The translations under genes were made by a program, and so were the position numbers. Shown here in pieces: positions 58,983 through 64,000 of a stretch of DNA of 64,000 bases. Within the stretch, counting starts at the first letter, position 1. Each line of letters starts with the position of its first letter. A model generated the notes under the pieces. It was not told the DNA's origin. It did not search any database and saw only the letters and a list, made by a program, of their open reading frames with translations. Source of the stretch: Alkalispirochaeta sp. (GTDB taxonomy: Bacteria; Spirochaetota; Spirochaetia; DSM-27196; Alkalispirochaetaceae); contig OZ271854.1 of NCBI GenBank assembly GCA_965601925.1, positions 2,848,001 to 2,912,000 of the forward strand. The letters are read 5' to 3'.

Positions 58983-59348
58983 ATGGCTCGTATTGCGGGA
59001 ATAGATCTTCCGAATAAGCATGTCGATATCGCGCTCACCTATATTTACGGCATCGGTCGCTCGTCGGCGATCGCCATTTGCGGTAAGGCGGGTGTGGATA
59101 CGGAACGACGCATGAACGATCTGTCTGCCGAGGAGATCAACCAACTGCGGCAGATCATCGAGAATGAATATACCGTCGAGGGTCGACTGAGGACGCAGGT
59201 GTCTCTCAACATTAAGCGATTGATGGACATCGGTTCGTATCGCGGCCTGCGGCATCGAAAAGGGCTCCCCGTGCGAGGGCAGCGAACTCGCACGAACGCG
59301 CGTACCCGAAAAGGAAAGCGCAAGACCGTCGCCGGTAAGAAGAAGTAG
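58983..59348 (+). CDS. rpsM: 30S ribosomal protein S13
   Basis: [29 protein letters not shown]. Confidence 0.97.
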   Translation: MARIAGIDLPNKHVDIALTYIYGIGRSSAIAICGKAGVDTERRMNDLSAEEINQLRQIIENEYTVEGRLRTQVSLNIKRLMDIGSYRGLRHRKGLPVRGQRTRTNARTRKGKRKTVAGKKK

Positions 59349-59363
59349 GGGAGGGGTTGAATC

Positions 59364-59747
59364 TTGGCTAAGGCTACGAAGAAGAAAAAAGAAAAGAAAT
59401 CAATATATGAAGGAAAGGTCTATATCCAGGCCACCTTCAACAATACGATCGTCACGATTTCCGATATGAACGGAAATGTCGTCTCCTGGAGCAGCGCCGG
59501 TTCGCTCAACTTCCGGGGGGCAAAGAAATCGACCCCGTACGCCGCGCAGATGACTGCGGAAACGGCGGCCCAAAAGGCGTTGGGTTACGGTCTGCAAGAG
59601 GTCCACGTGTACGTAAAGGGCCCGGGCGTCGGTCGTGAGTCGGCCATCCGCTCGTTGGGTAACCTTGGGCTTCGAGTGCGCTCTATCGAGGATATTACGC
59701 CCATTCCTCATAACGGGTGTCGTCCGCGCAAGAGTCGGCGTGTTTGA
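59364..59747 (+). CDS. rpsK: 30S ribosomal protein S11
   Basis: [27 protein letters not shown] start. Confidence 0.97.
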   Translation: MAKATKKKKEKKSIYEGKVYIQATFNNTIVTISDMNGNVVSWSSAGSLNFRGAKKSTPYAAQMTAETAAQKALGYGLQEVHVYVKGPGVGRESAIRSLGNLGLRVRSIEDITPIPHNGCRPRKSRRV

Positions 59748-59771
59748 GTTCTCACTGGAAAGGAATTAGGT

Positions 59772-60824
59772 ATGGCTCGAAAAGCACTCCTTAAGGGTTT
59801 CAAGCGTCCGAAAGGCATCACCTTTGAGCCCAGCGAATCTACGCCCGACTATGGGAAGTTCGTTGCCTATCCCTTCGAGCGCGGTTACGGAACGACGATC
59901 GGAAACTCGTTGCGACGAGTATTGCTCAGTTCCATTCCCGGCTACGCCGTAACGGCGCTGCGAATTACCGTGTATGACGAAGAGGGCAATCAGCGCTTTC
60001 TGTCCAGCGAGTACGAGGCGATACCGAGTGTCGTAGAAGACACACCGGACATCATTAATCGGCTCAAGCGGTTGCAGATCAAGCTCGCGGAGAATGTCGA
60101 TCAGAAGGTGATCTTCATCGAGCTCAAAGATGCGCAGAAGGTAACGGGCGGCACTTTTGCCGTGGACGGAGTTGAGGTAACCAATCCCGATCTTACCATC
60201 ATGACGTTGATGGACGATGCGTGGTTGGATATCGAGCTCCAGATCGACCTCGGGCGCGGCTACGTGCCGGCGGAGCTCAACGAGCAGTACATCGAAGAGG
60301 TCGGTACGATTTCTCTGGATGCGGTCTATTCACCGGTACGCCGGGTGAAGTATGCGATAGAGAACACGCGCGTAGGTCAGCGCAACGACTACGATAAGCT
60401 GGCGCTGGAGGTGTGGACCGACGGCACGCTCTCTCCCGTCGATGCGGTGGGCGAGGCGGCGAAAATCGCCAAAGATCATTTTGATGTCTTTATCAATTTC
60501 AACGAGGACGAAGTCGGTAACGACGACGAAGAAGATGAAGACATGAAGCTCGTACGTGAAATTCTCGCCACTCCCGTGGAAGAGTTGGAGCTGTCGGTGC
60601 GGGCAAGCAACTGCCTGAAGAATGCGAACATCAATAACCTCGGAGATCTTACGCAAAAGACCGAGGAAGAGATCGCAAAGACGCGCAACTTCGGCAAAAA
60701 GTCGCTTCAGGAGATCAAGGAGAAGCTCAGCGAATGGGAGTTGAGCTTGGGTATGACCGACTACAACGTCCTAAAGAGTAACCCCTTGTTCCTGAAGAAG
60801 AAGGAAGAGAAGAATGAAGCATAA
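59772..60824 (+). CDS. rpoA: RNA polymerase alpha subunit
   Basis: [41 protein letters not shown]. Confidence 0.98.
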   Translation: MARKALLKGFKRPKGITFEPSESTPDYGKFVAYPFERGYGTTIGNSLRRVLLSSIPGYAVTALRITVYDEEGNQRFLSSEYEAIPSVVEDTPDIINRLKRLQIKLAENVDQKVIFIELKDAQKVTGGTFAVDGVEVTNPDLTIMTLMDDAWLDIELQIDLGRGYVPAELNEQYIEEVGTISLDAVYSPVRRVKYAIENTRVGQRNDYDKLALEVWTDGTLSPVDAVGEAAKIAKDHFDVFINFNEDEVGNDDEEDEDMKLVREILATPVEELELSVRASNCLKNANINNLGDLTQKTEEEIAKTRNFGKKSLQEIKEKLSEWELSLGMTDYNVLKSNPLFLKKKEEKNEA

Positions 60825-61464
60825 GGTCGGCTACAATAGACTGGGACGTAAGACCGCCCACCGTAAGGCGATGACGCGCAATATGCTGACGTCGCTGTTC
60901 CGTCACGAGCGTATCCGCACGACGAAAGCCAAGGCGCTTGCGGTGCGGCGAACCGCGGAGAAGATGATTACGCGCGCCAAGCTCGATTCGGTTCACAACC
61001 GGCGTATGATCGGACGCGATATTAAGGACAAGATGGTCCTTGCCAAGATCTTCACCGACATCGGGCCGCGTTTTAAAGAGCGGCCCGGCGGGTATACGCG
61101 CGTCCTCAAGCTGGGGCCGCGACCGAGCGATGCCGCCGAGATGGTGATCCTGGAACTTCTCCCCATTGATGAGGAAGAGGCTCCGAAGAAGGCAAGCGCC
61201 AAAGGGACGAAGAAGGCCAAGGCGAGCGACGCCGAACCGAAGGCGAAGAAGTCGTCGAAGACGAGTAAGGCTAAGGCGAAAGATACCAAGGACGGCGCGA
61301 GCACTGCTTCGGACGAGAGTGTCGAGGTCGCACCGGCGGAGGCGACCGAAGCTGCCGCCGAGGAGAAGAACGACGCCGAGGTAAAAGCAAAAAAGCCGGC
61401 GCCTAAGAAGAAGACCACCAAGAAGAAGAGTGAAGAGGCGGAGACCGAAGGTAGCGACGGCTAG
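60814..61464 (+). CDS. rplQ: 50S ribosomal protein L17 with about 100-aa Lys/Ala/Glu-rich tail
   Basis: [26 protein letters not shown], then a low-complexity tail. Confidence 0.96.
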   Translation: MKHKVGYNRLGRKTAHRKAMTRNMLTSLFRHERIRTTKAKALAVRRTAEKMITRAKLDSVHNRRMIGRDIKDKMVLAKIFTDIGPRFKERPGGYTRVLKLGPRPSDAAEMVILELLPIDEEEAPKKASAKGTKKAKASDAEPKAKKSSKTSKAKAKDTKDGASTASDESVEVAPAEATEAAAEEKNDAEVKAKKPAPKKKTTKKKSEEAETEGSDG

Positions 61465-61522
61465 TCTTCCTTCGTCTCTCCTCTCAATACCGTTCGGCCC
61501 GCAGGAGTGCGCATGGCGCACA

Positions 61523-62386
61523 CTACTCTTGCGGGCCGATTACGTTATCGGCCTCCCGCCGCAGTCGATCGAGACTCGACGGGCCCACCCAGCGTGCCAC
61601 AACGGCGCCCTCACCGTTTACTACGATGGTCGTCGGCGTGCCTCGGACGTTTAACAGCGATGCGATGTGTCCCCCCCGGTCCAGATGGACGGGGTACTCG
61701 ATCCCGTGGCGGCGTGCGAAGCGCAGCACGGCCTCTACGCTCCCCTCCGTGTTGAGCATATTTATCGATACGATGTTGATGCGGTCGCGATAGCGATCGT
61801 AGAAGGCCGCTTTTACCGGAAGTTCCGCGCGGCACGGGCCGCACCACGTCGCCCAGAACGTCACGATCGTCGGTGCGCCCTCCTCACCGATCGCAACCGG
61901 TGTGCCGTGTGGATCGGTCAACATCGGCGCGCGTATATCGGACGGTTGGATCGATGCGGTCCCCTGCGTACCGGCTATATTGGTGACCGCCGCGACGGCA
62001 ATCACCGCCGCAAGCGCTCCGGCGCCGAGCGCCGTCAGGAGAGGGCGCACGATACCGGTGCGTCCTATGAGGCGCGGCGCGATAAAGAGAAGGCAGGCGG
62101 ATAGACCCGCAATGAGTCCCCACCGCCCGCCGGGGAGTCGCAGGAGGCGGATCGGGTCGGCGAGAATCTCGTGCCACCACGTAAAGAGCGGCCAGATCTT
62201 CCACACCAAAAACCCGATGAAGATGCCCGTCGAGGCGCGATCGACAAGTGTGCGTATCGTCTCGGCTTCGTCCGCCTTTACCCGCGCGTACAGTCGCAAC
62301 GTCGCCGCCGCCGCGATAAGAGATATAAGTGCCACCACTACCGTTGACGGTACTACGGCCGGACCGAGACGTAGTGCGTCGGGCAC
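61523..62386 (-). CDS. Membrane-anchored TlpA/ResA-like thioredoxin with about 4-TM N-terminal domain
   Basis: FWATWCGPCRAELP, GTPTT; hydrophobic N-half; GTG 62386 overlaps the purE TAG. Confidence 0.85.
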   Translation of the reverse strand: MPDALRLGPAVVPSTVVVALISLIAAAATLRLYARVKADEAETIRTLVDRASTGIFIGFLVWKIWPLFTWWHEILADPIRLLRLPGGRWGLIAGLSACLLFIAPRLIGRTGIVRPLLTALGAGALAAVIAVAAVTNIAGTQGTASIQPSDIRAPMLTDPHGTPVAIGEEGAPTIVTFWATWCGPCRAELPVKAAFYDRYRDRINIVSINMLNTEGSVEAVLRFARRHGIEYPVHLDRGGHIASLLNVRGTPTTIVVNGEGAVVARWVGPSSLDRLRREADNVIGPQE

Positions 62387-62898
62387 TATTCGTCCCACTC
62401 TTCGAGATACCGTTTCCAGCCTATATCGGCGAGATGACTGGCGGCGTGTGTCACTTCATCGGACTGGCGTTGCAGAAAATCCTCGTGACGTCGGCGGATT
62501 TCGGCATCCGAGACGGCGAGGATGCGGATCGCCAGAAGCGCGGCGTTGCGTGCGTTGTTGACCGCGACGGTGGCAACGGGCACCCCTCGAGGCATTTGGA
62601 CGATCGATAGGAGGCTATCGAGGCCGTCTTGAAATCTTGTTCGTACCGGGACCCCGATGACGGGAAGCGACGTCATGGCTGCAACCATACCCGGCAAGTG
62701 GGCGGCGCCGCCGGCGCCGGCGATAATTACGTGGTAGCCGCGCGAGGACGCACGTCGCGCAAACTCCGTCATACGCTCCGGCGTTCTATGTGCGCTCACG
62801 ATATCGACGGAGTGTGCGACGTCGAACTCTTCTAATGTTTCCGCCGCGGCGGACATGATGGGCAGGTCCGAATCGCTTCCCATAATAACGGCAACCAT
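62386..62898 (-). CDS. purE: N5-CAIR mutase
   Basis: [40 protein letters not shown]. Confidence 0.97.
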   Translation of the reverse strand: MVAVIMGSDSDLPIMSAAAETLEEFDVAHSVDIVSAHRTPERMTEFARRASSRGYHVIIAGAGGAAHLPGMVAAMTSLPVIGVPVRTRFQDGLDSLLSIVQMPRGVPVATVAVNNARNAALLAIRILAVSDAEIRRRHEDFLQRQSDEVTHAASHLADIGWKRYLEEWDE

Positions 62899-62966
62899 GT
62901 GCGTTTGCTCCCTTCTCGATGTTTCGCCTCGCCTTGCGTACCGGCGCGTCGGATATTCCGAGCGCG

Positions 62967-64000
62967 CTACGCCCCGTGTGACTCAGTTAGCGGGACGAAC
63001 CGAATCGCTTCCGCCGCCGCAAGCGCCTTGGTGAGCGCCTCAGCGGTCGTTGTACCGCCCGCGGTGACGTGTCCCATTTTGCGTCCGCTGCGGAGCTCTC
63101 GTTTTCCGTAGAGGTGTAGGTGGACGTCCGGATATCTCAGGGCCGCCTCGCGACCCGAGACGCGGTAGGGCCCGGTACCCACCTCGGCCTCGGCGACCAG
63201 ATTCACCATCGCCGTCGGACCGCGCATCGTCGTATCGCCGGGCGGCAGGCCGGCCACGGCCCTGATGTGCTGTTCGAATTGGCTGCAACGACTCCCCTCG
63301 ATCGTAAGGTGTCCCGAGTTGTGCGGCCTCGGAGCAACCTCGTTAAGGAGGACGCGACCGTCGGTGTCGATAAAGAGCTCCACCGCGAGCACACCGATAA
63401 GGCCGCGTTCGCCCAACGCCGCGGCGGCTTTGCGTGCCGTCGCAACCGCCTCGGCCGCAATCTCCTCGGGGACGTCGGCCGGACAGACGACGTGGCGCAC
63501 CAAGTTGAGGTGAGGGTCGAAGCCCATCTCAACCGGCTCCCAGTGGTGGAGCGATCCGTCGGGAAACCGCGCGACGACGACTGCGACCTCCGTAGCGATA
63601 TCGACGGCGTGTTCGACAAAAGACGGGCCGCTCAGTGGCAGGGAGGCGCCGCCGGAGACGACTGCAACCCCGCGACCGTCGTAGCCGCCGTGGCGCACCT
63701 TCTGTACGGCCCGAGGGATGTCCTTCGGCAGGGCGCCGTAGTACACCGCGGCGTCGTCGGCGAGAAGGGGCGCTACGGGGATCCCCGCCGCGTCAAAGAA
63801 GCGTTTCTGTTCGAGCTTGTCGGCGACCAAGTGCAGAACAGCCGCCGCCGGTCGCACCGCGCGTTCCGCCGCCTCCAACTCCGAGAGCATTTTCGGGTCG
63901 GTGTGTTCTATCTCGAACGTGAGGACATCGCTCGAGCGGGCGAGGCGGTAGAGCGAGTCGCGGTCTCCCAAGGGACCCTCGATCACGCCGGCGACCGTCG
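62967..64000 (-). CDS. purK: N5-CAIR synthase, 5'-truncated by window edge
   Basis: [40 protein letters not shown]...RKMGH; frame is open to the window end. Confidence 0.95.
   Translation of the reverse strand, partial: TVAGVIEGPLGDRDSLYRLARSSDVLTFEIEHTDPKMLSELEAAERAVRPAAAVLHLVADKLEQKRFFDAAGIPVAPLLADDAAVYYGALPKDIPRAVQKVRHGGYDGRGVAVVSGGASLPLSGPSFVEHAVDIATEVAVVVARFPDGSLHHWEPVEMGFDPHLNLVRHVVCPADVPEEIAAEAVATARKAAAALGERGLIGVLAVELFIDTDGRVLLNEVAPRPHNSGHLTIEGSRCSQFEQHIRAVAGLPPGDTTMRGPTAMVNLVAEAEVGTGPYRVSGREAALRYPDVHLHLYGKRELRSGRKMGHVTAGGTTTAEALTKALAAAEAIRFVPLTESHGA

Overview
GC-rich bacterial chromosome segment, almost certainly from a free-living spirochaete (Spirochaetia). This rests on the RpoB '[11 protein letters not shown]' variant, the RpoA N-terminus, an MCP with 'EAAHAG', a binding-protein signal ending 'LFAGG..E', and ribosomal gene order lacking fusA, rpsD and adk/map/infA. 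The left 35 kb is mixed accessory and housekeeping DNA: a 5'-truncated DNA polymerase II, a Cache MCP, a long plant-like ilvC, a globin-like/CarH-type B12-binding protein, pepD, a YesN/YesM + binding protein + sugar ABC locus, an orphan cheY, a sorE-like / LMW-PTP / fructosamine kinase run, sufT-sufCBD-Rieske-sua5, and a convergent fpr-miaB-mtaB-orf-SPL-like radical SAM operon facing a Cys-rich histidine kinase and flavodoxin. From about 35 to 61.5 kb lies the translation/transcription supercluster (tRNA-Thr, tRNA-Trp, secE-nusG, rplKAJL, rpoBC, rpsLG, tuf, S10-spc-alpha), followed by a membrane thioredoxin and purE/purK. I saw no CRISPR array, rRNA or mobile element. The best novelty candidates are (i) the 12-kb Fe-S/radical-SAM neighbourhood with its own FNR/flavodoxin pair and an orphan kinase with CxxC-x4-CxxC in its ATP lid, (ii) the effector-less globin-like + W-x9-EH B12 putative photoreceptor, and (iii) an SPL-like radical SAM translationally coupled to a degenerate nucleosidase-like ORF. 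All family assignments come from motif recognition by eye, not from database searches.
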